Part shown: positions 9,504 through 19,745 of the stretch, piece after piece
Layout: each line of letters opens with the position of its first letter
Numbering within the stretch: position 1 is the first letter of the stretch
Assembly (NCBI GenBank): GCA_963712745.1
Contig: CAVQJC010000001.1
Span: 96,001 to 160,000, forward strand
Direction: 5' to 3'
From: an uncultured Chloroflexia bacterium
Lineage (GTDB): Bacteria > Chloroflexota > Limnocylindria > Limnocylindrales > CSP1-4
DNA: 64,000 nucleotides
Notes under the pieces: generated by a model
The model's input: only the letters and a program-made list of their open reading frames with translations
Databases searched by the model: none
Told to the model about the DNA's origin: nothing
Program-made: the position numbers and the translations under genes

Positions 9504-10247
9504 ATGGAAGATCGCCGCCGCCGCCTTGACCCAAACCAACGGGGGGCTCGGTCGTCCATGCGGGACCGCTCGCGATCGCGGACCATGGATGCATCGCCTG
9601 GGATGAGCGACCTTCCACCCCGCCCCTGGCAACGACCCCCGCAGCTTCAGCACGGGCACCACGACAATGCCTTCGGGGATGCCGAGTCCACGGGAGCCCT
9701 GCTCGCCCGCTTGGCGGCTGCCCGTGACTGGGCGGACCGACCGGCCACCCCCACGCGGCGCCCGTGGTCAGGCACACCTGTCGGCATCGCGTTCGACTGG
9801 GCCCACGATGCCGCGGTGGCGTACCTGGACCTGCTGGACCATGTGGTGGCGGACCGCGTCATCACCGCTGCCGAGGTGTGCAGGCTCAGGCAGTGCGCGA
9901 CTGACTGGGGCCTCAGCGCCCTGGAGGCCGCCTGCCTGCATCGCGGCTATGTCGCGAGGGCGTGGGCACGCGCCTGTGCCGACGCGACCGTCACACCCGC
10001 CGAGCTTCGAGACATCGAGATGCTGGCGGAACTGCTGGGCGTCCCGATCGAGGTCCGGCGACAGGTCGCCCGAGGTGGCACAGGTGCGCGCTGGGTCGCC
10101 GTGCCGATCGAGGTAGAGACGGTCGCGTCCGGCCCGGCACCATGGTCTGCCCCGGCACCATCCCGCGACGAAGTCAGTCACGGCGTGACCGCCGGCCAAG
10201 GCGACGATGTGGCTGCCCGACCGATTCGCGTGCACGAAGGGCGGTGA
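9504..10247 (+). pseudogene. Remnant of a DEDDh exonuclease-TerB-like protein
   Basis: HxAxxDAxxT (ExoIII-like) followed by AYLDLLDHVVADRVITAAE and ADATVTPAELRDIEMLAELLG (TerB-like pairs); ExoI and ExoII motifs absent. Confidence 0.5.
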
Positions 10248-10309
10248 CGCCACCGGCCCGATCTGCCCGAGCCAGTCGACGCGATGCCGCACTGCCATGA
10301 GCACCTGCC

Positions 10310-12988
10310 TCAGGCGTCGACAGAGGCGTCGGGGTCTCCATCCGTTGCCACTGGGGGCGCGGCCACGGGCACGACCGTGACCGTGCTCATGGCCTGACCC
10401 ACGCTGCCATCGTCATCGGTCACGGTGAGCATCAACACGTACGTGCCCGCGGCGCGGTACGTGTGGCTGTCGACCACCGTCCCATCCTCGTGCACGACCG
10501 CCGGGCTGCTGTGGCCGTCGCCCCAGGCGACCTGGGCCTCGTGGGTATCGCGAGGACCTGGGTCGGTGACGGGGACCGGGCCGAGGGCGAGACGCTCGCC
10601 GACGGGGAGCTCGTACGGCCCGAACGGGCCGAGCGAGGGCGCGACGTTGGTGACCTTGACCGTCGTCTTGTCGGTGGCCGTGGCGCCGTCCTCGTCGGTG
10701 ACCGTGAGCTCGATGCTGATGCGGCCGTCGTCGGCGCCGGTGAACCACGGACGCTTCCGGCTGGCGTCGTCGAGCCGGCCCGGCTTCGACCACTCATGGG
10801 CCACGATGCCGCCGTCGGGGTCGTGTGAGCCGCGGCCGTCGAGCCGGACCTTGCTCCCCTCCTCGACCTCGTACGGCCCGCCAGCGTCGGCGACCGGCGG
10901 CTGGTTAGGCTCGAGCGCGAGGGTCGGTTGCTCGACCTTCGGCTCGGGTGTCGGTTGCTCGGCCTCGAGCCCTGACGTGGGCGCGGGCTCCGCGCTCGGC
11001 TGCTCGCCGTCCGGCTCGGGCGCGGGCGTCGGTTGCTCGAGCTCGACCTCGGAGGTCGGTGCAGGCTCGGGCGACTCGGTGACCGCGAGCGGATCGGGTG
11101 CGACCGGCGGCTCGGCAGCGGGGTCGGCGTCCGGCGGCGGGGTCGGCGCCGGTGCCAGTGACGGCAGGGCCTGCGCCGTCAGCGTCCTGACCGTCCGACC
11201 CGTGGTCCTCGCCGGCGGCGCCGAGCGTGGCACGGTCGCCACCGACGCGACATCCACTGCGTGGAGCTGGCCGACCGCATAGTCGAGGCGGACACGCTTG
11301 AGGTCGAAGACCGACTTGCCGGTGCCGCCCAGCCCCTTCCAGACCATGACCGCAGCGCGGACCTTGCCGTTCCTCTGGCGACCTTGACCGGAGGTACCGG
11401 TCTTCCACCACTGCTGCTTGGGGCCGACCTTCTTCGCGACATCGTAGTTGCCGAGGTCCTTCTTGCCCCCGAGCGCCGGGTTCCAGATGGCCACGACGGC
11501 CTTGTGCCTGTTCACCGACCGGCCATAGACCTTGAACTTCATCCCGCCATAGATCGGCTTCTGGACGACCGGGAACGCGTAGATGACCGCGGCGAAGCCC
11601 TTGTTCGAGATCAGCCGGACGCCTCGTGGATACGAGGAACCGGCGAAGCTGATGCGCGCGTTCCTCGACCGGCCCCACAGCGAGATCCGGTTGGCATCCA
11701 GGGTCACGCTCTTCTGCTTCCAGGTCACGTAGTCATGGGAGAGCTTGATGGTCTTCTTGACGACCTTCCGGTTGCCGACGGCATCGCTCAGCGTGACCGC
11801 GACGTCGTAGTCGCCGGACGGCACCAGGCCCCCGCCGTGGGATCGTCCATCCCATTCAGTCCGGTAGTCGCTCGCAGCGGCAGGAAGCGTGGTCTCCTCG
11901 ACGAGATCCCCGCTCGGCATCGCGCGGACGGCGACATGGACTTCGACGGCCTCTGCACGCGTGCCCTCGATCAGGAGCGTGTCCCGGTAGCGGTCCACGA
12001 CGGGGTAGAACTTGGACGGCGTGATGGCGGCCGTCGCGTCAGCCTCACCCAAGCCCTCGACCTCCAACCGGACGTTGCGCTCACCGCGGACGGTGTCGTC
12101 GGGGACCACGAGGGCTGCCTCGATGTTGCCGTTCGTCTCTGGGCGAGCAGACAAGCTCAGGATGCAGCCGTGCCCCGGCGGGAGTGACGCGCCACTACAC
12201 GTGTCCGCCTCGACCGCGAATGAACCGGCGTCAGGGCCCGTGATGGTCGCCGTCCCAAGTTGGATCGGCTCTGTCCCTTCGGATGTGATGGTCACATCCT
12301 GGCGGGCGGTCTCACTGCCCGTATCGGTCTGGCCAAGGTCGAGAACCGGAGGGCTTGTGACAGCGGCCTTGAAGCCGCTCGACGCGTTGTAGCGGACCTC
12401 GCCCCACAGAGGACCCCAGACCTCCTGCGTACCCGCGCAGATCTGTCTGAAGCTGGCGGAGAACGAATCCAAGTCACTGCCGGACCACGAGATCTCGTGA
12501 ATCGTGAACCGACCGATCGGCGCCAGACAGTAGCCGCCAGAGTAGAGGCCAACGTTGATGCCTGGTTGGTCGCCGCTCCGATCAGCGGGATAGACAGCCC
12601 CCGTATACGTCCCGACCGCGAGCTTCTCGCCTATCGGGGCGGCGAAACCAGCCGACCAGGTCTTATCGGGATCGTCAAGACGCCGGACCCCGCTGTAGAC
12701 CGCCTCCATCCACCCGTCGCAGAACGGCGGGGGCGATACTCCCGCCGGTGGGGCGCACGGGCGGCGCCCGTACTCCTCACCGCGTGCCCAGTTCAGCTCG
12801 TCGCCCTGGAGGACGAGTGCTTGGCCGGCCGTGTAGCCGGCCACGTGCCCATCGGTGATGTTGTCGAGATACAGGGCGGTCACGTCGCCGGCAGCCCGGA
12901 CTCCACTGTGGTGCGGCATGCCCACGTAGGCCCCTCCGACCGTGCTGGCGACGAAGACCAAGCCGATCAGGCTCGCAGCCGAACCCAT
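10310..12988 (-). CDS. Large secreted/surface protein with Ig-like domains, a Pro/Glu-rich linker and C-terminal PKD domains
   Basis: N-terminal TM/signal; WDGRSHGGGLVPSGDY (FlgD-Ig-like); EQPTP repeats; NQPPVADAGGPY, WGDG and HTYRAAGTY. Confidence 0.8.
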   Translation of the reverse strand: MGSAASLIGLVFVASTVGGAYVGMPHHSGVRAAGDVTALYLDNITDGHVAGYTAGQALVLQGDELNWARGEEYGRRPCAPPAGVSPPPFCDGWMEAVYSGVRRLDDPDKTWSAGFAAPIGEKLAVGTYTGAVYPADRSGDQPGINVGLYSGGYCLAPIGRFTIHEISWSGSDLDSFSASFRQICAGTQEVWGPLWGEVRYNASSGFKAAVTSPPVLDLGQTDTGSETARQDVTITSEGTEPIQLGTATITGPDAGSFAVEADTCSGASLPPGHGCILSLSARPETNGNIEAALVVPDDTVRGERNVRLEVEGLGEADATAAITPSKFYPVVDRYRDTLLIEGTRAEAVEVHVAVRAMPSGDLVEETTLPAAASDYRTEWDGRSHGGGLVPSGDYDVAVTLSDAVGNRKVVKKTIKLSHDYVTWKQKSVTLDANRISLWGRSRNARISFAGSSYPRGVRLISNKGFAAVIYAFPVVQKPIYGGMKFKVYGRSVNRHKAVVAIWNPALGGKKDLGNYDVAKKVGPKQQWWKTGTSGQGRQRNGKVRAAVMVWKGLGGTGKSVFDLKRVRLDYAVGQLHAVDVASVATVPRSAPPARTTGRTVRTLTAQALPSLAPAPTPPPDADPAAEPPVAPDPLAVTESPEPAPTSEVELEQPTPAPEPDGEQPSAEPAPTSGLEAEQPTPEPKVEQPTLALEPNQPPVADAGGPYEVEEGSKVRLDGRGSHDPDGGIVAHEWSKPGRLDDASRKRPWFTGADDGRISIELTVTDEDGATATDKTTVKVTNVAPSLGPFGPYELPVGERLALGPVPVTDPGPRDTHEAQVAWGDGHSSPAVVHEDGTVVDSHTYRAAGTYVLMLTVTDDDGSVGQAMSTVTVVPVAAPPVATDGDPDASVDA

Positions 12989-13257
12989 GGTGCGTCCCGG
13001 ACCCAATGCACTACCCCCAGCCAGTCTCGTGACTCGATCTGCATTCTTGGGCGACGCTACTTGCGGGGCCAAGGGTCGATCGGCCTGATTGGGGGGACGC
13101 AGACGCGAGTCCGATATCGGGGATGTGCCGCAAGACGGATCTTGAACTGCGGCCACGACACTGGTGTCTGCACCCACACGATGGAATGCCATGAAAAGGG
13201 CCCCGCTGGTGAGAAAGTGGGTTCTCGAAGGAACCAACACCAGGAGGCCCAGGAGAG

Positions 13258-14095
13258 ATGTCATACGCCGGCTTGGACCTATCGCGACAGCGGCTCGATG
13301 TGCACGTCCTCGATGAGGAGGGTCGGACCGTCGAGGTGACGGCCGTCCGCCCCGATGCGGACGCCTTGGGCACGCTCGCTACCCAGATCTTCCGCCACGG
13401 CGGGGAGGTGACCGCGACCATCGAGTCGATGACCGGAGCGCGCTTCGTCCACGACCAGCTCGAGCTGCGTGGCTGGGACGTCGCCATCGGCGACGCGGTG
13501 AAGGTGAAGGGCCTGGCGCCGCTGGCGGCCAAGACCGACAAGATCGACGCCCGGGTCCTCGCCGAGCTGGCGCGGCGCGACCTCGTCCCCGAGATCTGGC
13601 TACCCACGCCGGGGGTGCGCGCGGAGCGCGCGCGCGCTCGCTTCCGTCTCCACCTCGTCCGCCACCGCACCGCCCTGAAGAACCGCATCCACTCGACGCT
13701 CATGAGCTTCGGCCACCCCGTGCCTGTCGCGGACCTCTTCGGGGTGGCCGGCCGCGAGCTGCTCGCGAGCATGGACGTGCCCGAACCCTGGAACTCGACA
13801 CACGGGCCTCTGCCCACTCGTCAGCCAGTCAGGTGGCAGGGATCGCCGCGGGCCGCTCGCGAAGAACGGCCCCGAGTACCTGCGCTGGGCGCTCATCGAG
13901 GCCGCCGTCCACGCGGCCCGACACCCCTACTACAAGGAGCGCTACGAGCGGACGAAGCGCCGGCTCGGTCGCCAGCGTGGCGCCAAGGTCGCTCGCGTCG
14001 ACCTGGCCAGGCAGTTGGCCGCCGCGATCTGGCATGTGTTGATGAAGAACAAGCCCTTCGCTCCGGCAGGCCCCGCGATCTCGCTGGTCGCTTGA
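13258..14095 (+). pseudogene. IS110 DEDD transposase/recombinase, internal deletion plus frameshift near 13800
   Basis: YAGLDLS, IES, KTDKIDA; then jumps from PEPWNST to TGLCPLVSQSGG...KNGPEYLRWALIEAA...LARQLAAAIWHVL, stop at 14095. Confidence 0.88.
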
Positions 14096-14225
14096 CGACC
14101 CACTTATGGAATCGGGCCGCCGGCAGCCTCCTACCCGACCTTGTCCTTCCATCAGAGAAGGCCATAGAGGTGGAGGTGTACTCGGACCGACCAACGACCC
14201 CGAGGCCCATGACCTGACGGCTTGA
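14096..14225 (+). ncRNA. Predicted seekRNA/bridge-RNA-encoding non-coding end of the IS1111-type element
   Basis: About 130-bp non-coding segment between the transposase stop and the right IR, the known position in IS1111 elements; structure not computed. Confidence 0.5.
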
Positions 14226-14356
14226 CAGCGGGGCCCCTTTCATAGAGCGAGATGGTGTGGGTATCTTCGACCCCGCGACGGGTCGGTCAACGCCCACCAG
14301 AGAGCCAGCGTACGAGGGCCGACCAGTCCGTAGGTCTGCAGCAACGACGGGTCGCC

Positions 14357-15520
14357 TCATCCATCGGCGACCACATGCTCGATGCTGGATACGATGGCGT
14401 CCCACCCTGTCGCTACTCCCTCCGGTCCTCGGCAGACCAGCAAATGGAGCCATCTTCTGCTGGGCAGCAGATACGTCGACTCCCTGACGCCGTCTTGGTG
14501 GACATCCGCGCGCGCCACCCGCCCGACCGGCAGGTCGAGATAGGTCACCAGCGGCGCGTCGGCTTCCTCGAGGCTCCGTCCTAGCATCAGAGCCACGACC
14601 TGCTCGAGCGGCTCGTCGTAGAACCAACCCGGGACGGCACCGACCGTGCATGACTCCAACGGTTCGCCCCCATCGTCCTGCGCATAGCGGACCGCGGACA
14701 TGGTTGGTGATGGCATCCAGGGAGCGACCAACGGTTCGAGTCTGCGCGCCAGCAGATCACTCAGACTCGGGATCACTGTCTCCTCGTCGGCGGTGTCCGG
14801 CGCGTTGATCGTCCAGCCCTGGGGGAATGTGAGGATCAGACCGCTCGGTGTCTCGACACGTCGACCTTGACCGAGCGCCGTATCCGTCGCCGGCGGAGAT
14901 GGTGCCGCCAGCGGCTCGATCGACCGGACGATGGGCAGCATGCCCCACATGACCAACCCGGATAGCTCGACGTCGGCATCAGGGCATGCCTCGTTCAGGA
15001 GGACGCAGGTGAACAGGACGGCGTCGTCTGTCAGCGGCACGTACCAGTCGGCCCTCCAGGAACCCGCCATATCGCAGAACGCGGTGCCCACGACACCCTC
15101 CGGCACATCCTGCCCGCGGTACGTGCCGTAGTCAGCCTGCCGAGCGTCCGCGGGTGCCCAGGCCCGGAGGACGTCCTCGGCTGTTCCCGCTTCCTCGGCC
15201 AGCACCACGTTGACGGTGCAGCGCGGTACCTCGCCGGCAGACCTGGCGGTCAGTACCTCGCGCATGCCCACCCGCTTGGCCTCCGCCGAGTCGCCTGCCT
15301 GCTCTTCGACGACCCAGTCGTCCGCGAACGCGATGGCGAACCCATGCTCGGCAAGCTCGGTGCGCTGCCGCCGCTCGGGCGGGCCGAGGTATCCGTAGTC
15401 GAAGAAATCACCGACGTTGGGGAGTGACGCGAAGAACCAACCGACCCCGATGGCCGAGACCAGCACGACCGGCGCCAGTACAAGTGCAATCGTGACCCCG
15501 AGTTTGCGCGGCCTGGACAT
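14357..15520 (-). CDS. Membrane-anchored exported protein with two similar domains
   Basis: N-terminal TM; repeated R.E....G..(I/L).F...W motif; RBS GGAGG. Confidence 0.65.
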   Translation of the reverse strand: MSRPRKLGVTIALVLAPVVLVSAIGVGWFFASLPNVGDFFDYGYLGPPERRQRTELAEHGFAIAFADDWVVEEQAGDSAEAKRVGMREVLTARSAGEVPRCTVNVVLAEEAGTAEDVLRAWAPADARQADYGTYRGQDVPEGVVGTAFCDMAGSWRADWYVPLTDDAVLFTCVLLNEACPDADVELSGLVMWGMLPIVRSIEPLAAPSPPATDTALGQGRRVETPSGLILTFPQGWTINAPDTADEETVIPSLSDLLARRLEPLVAPWMPSPTMSAVRYAQDDGGEPLESCTVGAVPGWFYDEPLEQVVALMLGRSLEEADAPLVTYLDLPVGRVARADVHQDGVRESTYLLPSRRWLHLLVCRGPEGVATGWDAIVSSIEHVVADG

Positions 15521-15786
15521 GGTCGTTCACCTCCAGGACGGCACGCTCGCGCTAAGTCCCCACGACCGCATCGGGTAGGCACGTAGTAGCGGCCTTATCC
15601 GCACCCAGGCGTGCGTGTCCGGCCCGGTCGAGCACAGGCGATGCAAGGAGGCGGGTCAGCCTTGATTTACATCCGGCGCACACCATTGCGCGCGAGTGGA
15701 CTGTGCACGTGACACAGCCGCGAGATACTCGCACTGCTCCGTTTGACAAGTCCGCTCGATCCACGGTCCTGACCGGCCAAAGGTTG

Positions 15787-15810
15787 GAGCGGCTGCCGGT
15801 GTAGCCGCTC
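15787..15810. terminator. Hairpin GAGCGGCT-N8-AGCCGCTC
   Basis: 8-bp perfect stem in a long intergenic region. Confidence 0.3.
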
Positions 15811-16218
15811 ATCACGGTTCAGACTCGACGCGCTTCGCCTACGGGTCCCTCGCCTGCGGCAGAGCGCACGGGCCAGACACTCGGGAACTGGACGCTGGAG
15901 CGACCGTACCGCTCGAGCGACGCCCGTGGCCAGTGCATCTTCGGTCGGCCTCATGTCCATCCGGGTGCTCTCGGCCGGTGTCCCCTGCATAGACGCAGCG
16001 GTCAGACGACGTCCGCGTGTCGGGCCTAGACCAGCTTCACGATAGTCCCACCTATCGCGACGGCCTGACACTCAGCCGCCAGCACCACGTCGCGTAGCAC
16101 GCCGTCGGGCTTTCCGCACCGCTCTCGGGCGGGACCATCAAGCGGGGGTGGACCCTGTAGGCCACCGATGAGGGCCAGCCGGCAAGGATCGCTCTACCTC
16201 TTCCGCTCGTGTCCGATC

Positions 16219-16651
16219 CTATTCGATGAGCGTCCCCTGGGCCACCGCCTCCTCAGTCTCCTCGATCGACACGTCCACGGGTACAGCCACCCAATCGGAG
16301 CCCTCGGCCTGTGCTGCACGTCCCTTGCGGCGGCGACGGATCATGGCCACGATGGTCACCGCAGCGACCGCGGTCACCGCGACCACGGCGCCCGCGATGA
16401 GCACCGTGCGCGGCATGCCCCTGCCGGCCAGCTGATCAGGGGTCTCTGGGGGCGATGGCTGCAGGTCCGCGGTCGGCAATGCCAACTCCTCGATCAGGGC
16501 CATCTCGAGGAGCTCTTGCACCGGGATGCCGATCGTCGTCGCGGCCGACTCCCGTGCCCGCCTCCGCCACCTCGCCACCATCCGGCGCACCATCGGCTTC
16601 ACCAACGTCGCCATCAGCACGGCATTGACGATCCCTCGCATCCACCTCATC
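16219..16651 (-). CDS. Small hypothetical membrane protein
   Basis: RBS AAGGAGG before MRWMRGIV; TM segment VLIAGAVVAVTAVAAVTIVAMI followed by RRRRK. Confidence 0.6.
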
Positions 16652-17286
16652 ACCGCACCTCCTTGAGCCAACAGCCTGATGGACCCGGTGTGCACCGGCT
16701 AGAGCCGGAGGTCATCGAGGATGACGGATGCGAGCGAAGCGCGGGCTGCAGCACACCATCGGCGCATGGTGCCCACCGCCCAACGCCTCCGCGGCGCGCT
16801 GAGGGTCACACCATCCCGGACGCGGCTCACGAGCTGATGGGTGAACAGGTCGTCCCGAACCGGGCACTGGAGGTCTTGGGCTGGAGGTTCTGGAGACACG
16901 AAGCCAGACGGCATGGGACGCTCGAGTCTCTCAGGCAACGGCCCTATGTGTAGGCCGTCACAAGCCACCCTCCAACGACTCGCGGCTAGACACCCGGCCG
17001 GCAATCTTCAGCCGGTTGGCTGTGCCGCCGACCGCCAGGCAACAAGGGCGCCGACCAGACCAAGCCGTCTGTGCATGGCGGTTCGGCCGGGTGGGGCGTC
17101 ACCCGTCGCGATGATTCGCGGGTACGTGAGCGGCGGTGGTCGAGCGACAGCCCGATGGCCCCCATCGAACCCACCGAGTAACACCATCGCGCCGCCCCGG
17201 CTGCCTGCCGCCCTGCCCCCATCCTCCCTGGCCCGTTCAGCGGGTCAAGGGCCGGACAGCCCCGCGGCGTGCGTGGCCATGGCGGC

Positions 17287-17360
17287 GGCGACCAGACGTC
17301 GTACGCGTGGCGACCAGACGTCGTACGCGTGGCGACCAGACGTCGTACGCGTGGCGACCA
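17287..17360. repeat. Perfect 22-bp tandem repeat, 3.4 units (GGCGACCAGACGTCGTACGCGT)
   Basis: Units at 17287, 17309 and 17331, partial unit at 17353. Confidence 0.95.
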
Positions 17361-17495
17361 TCGCATCGGCCGCACGGCCGACGCCACACCATCACACCGT
17401 CGTGGCGAACGAGGTGCCGATGCCGTGCGCGACGCCCATCTGACGAGCGGCCGTCGCCACGGATTGGCACACAAGACCACCGGTTTCGGGACCGC

Positions 17496-18188
17496 CTAGG
17501 GTTCTGGCACTCCGCCGCTCGCCACCCAGGCCCCGCGGCCAAGGGCCGTCACCGCAGCCGCTGCCGCCGATGCCATACCCAGCCAGAACAGCGGCCATGC
17601 GGACCAGGGGGACGTGTCCCCGGCGAGGACGCGGTCAGCGTCGACGAGGAAGCTCAGGATGACGAGGCCGCCGCCCGCGAGCGCCACGAGCATGCTCCGT
17701 CGGCCGATCGCGATGGAGCGTCCGGCCCGCAGCCGCCTCGCGGCGGCCAGTCCGAAGCCCACGAGCGCGGCGCTCACGGCCATCGGTGCCCAGACCGGTC
17801 CGACCCAGACCATGGGCACGAGGAAGAGGATGTCCCACGTATCGATCGCCGGGGGCCAAGCGATGGTCAACCAGAGCCCCACGTAGTAGAAGATGTCCCA
17901 GGTCCCGAACACGACGGCCGCCCAGGCGAGACGTTCGAGCCAGTTGCGGCCTGCGAGCCAGCCGACGACGGCGATCATCAGGAGTGTGGCCAGCTCCCGC
18001 GCGATCTCGATGCCGGCGAACGCGTCGAAGTCCCCAGGCACGGCGACCGTCAGGACGACCAAGGGTCCCAGGCCGAGCGCGGCTCGTAGGTAGACGACGA
18101 CGGTCGCCTCGAGGTAACCCATCGCGATGCCGAAGGCGAGGACCGCGATGGCGGTCGCGAGGAACGAGCCTGGCCACTGGCTACCCAT
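17496..18188 (-). CDS. Conserved hypothetical polytopic membrane protein
   Basis: AMGYLEATVVVYLR, EIARELATLLM, WDIFYY and WDILFLVP..WVGPVWAP; start uncertain. Confidence 0.7.
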   Translation of the reverse strand: MGSQWPGSFLATAIAVLAFGIAMGYLEATVVVYLRAALGLGPLVVLTVAVPGDFDAFAGIEIARELATLLMIAVVGWLAGRNWLERLAWAAVVFGTWDIFYYVGLWLTIAWPPAIDTWDILFLVPMVWVGPVWAPMAVSAALVGFGLAAARRLRAGRSIAIGRRSMLVALAGGGLVILSFLVDADRVLAGDTSPWSAWPLFWLGMASAAAAAVTALGRGAWVASGGVPEP

Positions 18189-18600
18189 TCTTGCTGATCG
18201 GCTCGAGCCCGGCTTCATGATCGGTCGGTCACTCGTCTTGTGGCAGAGGACCTGAGGCCACCGAGGCCACAGTTGCGACGGAGGGGCTCGCGGGACATCG
18301 CTGAGCGCCAGGTCCGTGCCCATCGTGCGTATCACGTTGCAGGTCTCATCCTAGCGGTCCACGCTCGGGCACAGACCGGGACGTCAGTGGACCCACACTA
18401 TGCGTCTATCGTGACGCTGGGCGCGCGATGGCCTCCCGCTGTTGCCTGGCGTAGGCTCGTCGCGACATGACGGACCGTTCCACGCGCCCAGCGCCCACTG
18501 ATATCGGATCCGGAGGCCTGGCTGAGACCCTCGCGAACGGATGCCCAGCCTCGGTGGCCCCGTTCGGGCAGATGCCGATCGATCCGTGTTTCGCCCCGGC

Positions 18601-19536
18601 ATGACAGACGTCGCCGTGGTGGACCAGACGCCGCTCGACTGGTTGCTCGCCGGGGATCCGTCGGTCGCCTGGCAAGCCCAGCGTGACCTGGCCCACGATG
18701 CCCGGTGGCAGGAAACGAGGGCCCGCGTCGCCCACGAGGGCTGGGGGAAACGTCTCCTCGAGCTGCAGAACCCGGATGGGAGATGGGCCGACGGGCTGTA
18801 TACACCCAAATGGACCTCGACGACGTACACCCTCCTCCAATTGCGTCGTCTCGGGCTCGAGCCGGGAAACGCCCAGGCGATCGCGGGGGTGCGGCGCTTG
18901 CTGGATGACGCCAGATGGGTCGAGGGCGGTGTTTCGTATTGGACCACCCACCACTTCGCCGAGCGCTGCGTCAACGGCATGGTCCTCTCCCTTGCTGCCT
19001 ACTTCGACGTTGAGGACGAGAGGCTGGACGGGCTGGCCGCCATGCTGATCGACAGCCGGATCGGGGACGGTGGCTGGAACTGCGATGACTACCGGGGCCA
19101 CACGCGCCATTCCTCTTTCAACACCACGATCTCGGTCCTCGAGGCCCTCCACCTGTGGAGACGACGGACCGGCTCGAGCGAGGCGGATGAAGCGATCGCG
19201 ACAGGACAAGAGGTTCTCCTGGAACACCGTCTCTTCCGGTCGCACAGGACCGGTGAAGTCATCGATGGATCGTGGACGCACTTCGCATTCCCTCCGCGTT
19301 GGCACTACGACATCCTCCGGGGCCTCGAGCACTTCAGGGAGACGGCAGCGTCGCCGGACCCGAGGGCGGAAGAGGCGATCGGGGTTGTCCGAAAAAGGAG
19401 GCGGTCAGACGGCCTCTGGCCGATCGGCCCTCGCTACACCGGTGTCGAGCACTTCAGGATGGAGGAGGGTCGCAACCCCGGCCGATGGAACACGTTACGA
19501 GCGCTCCGCGTCCTGGATTGGTGGGGTGCCGGGTAG
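18601..19536 (+). CDS. Prenyltransferase/squalene-cyclase-repeat (alpha/alpha barrel) hypothetical protein
   Basis: DWLLAGDPSV, LQNPDGRW, YTPKWTST, DGGWNC, FPPRWHYDILRGL and GRWNTLRALRVL. Confidence 0.7.
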   Translation: MTDVAVVDQTPLDWLLAGDPSVAWQAQRDLAHDARWQETRARVAHEGWGKRLLELQNPDGRWADGLYTPKWTSTTYTLLQLRRLGLEPGNAQAIAGVRRLLDDARWVEGGVSYWTTHHFAERCVNGMVLSLAAYFDVEDERLDGLAAMLIDSRIGDGGWNCDDYRGHTRHSSFNTTISVLEALHLWRRRTGSSEADEAIATGQEVLLEHRLFRSHRTGEVIDGSWTHFAFPPRWHYDILRGLEHFRETAASPDPRAEEAIGVVRKRRRSDGLWPIGPRYTGVEHFRMEEGRNPGRWNTLRALRVLDWWGAG

Positions 19537-19745
19537 GGGTCGGCGGCGATCACGATGGCAGAGCCACCAGCGCGGACTCACGACCCGCCGCTGTCGCGGT
19601 GCAGGGGGCTGAAGCGCTTGTCTCGGGTGGGGAGTGGACCAACGGCTCGCTCCGCGGCCTGTTCTGCGTCTCGATGTATCGTCCGCTTGAGAGCATCCCC
19701 ACGAAGTGACGTCGCACCGCCGATGAGGTGGCATATCCCCAGGCG

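Larger units (their letters stand above)
13184..14246 (+). mobile_element. IS110-family element, IS1111 subgroup, with subterminal inverted repeats
   Basis: IR ATGAAAAGGGCCCCGCTG (13191-13208) and CAGCGGGGCCCCTTTCAT (14226-14243) match at 17/18; non-coding region lies downstream of the transposase; exact ends approximate. Confidence 0.85.

Noticed and set aside
12989-13264. N-terminal extension of the 984-aa ORF
   Set aside because: It runs through the IS110 left end; the signal/TM segment starts at ATG 12988.
14222-14247. IS circle-junction promoter TTGACA...TAGAAT
   Set aside because: The reconstructed spacer is only 15 bp and the exact ends are uncertain, so it was not called.
17137-17176. 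tRNA-like TCGAACCCACCG
   Set aside because: Only 12 nt match copy C; flanks do not align.
17287-17360. CRISPR array
   Set aside because: The repeats are contiguous with no spacers, and there are no cas genes.
18601-19536. Terpene cyclase or RiPP biosynthetic cluster
   Set aside because: No DXDD motif, precursor peptide or partner enzymes nearby.
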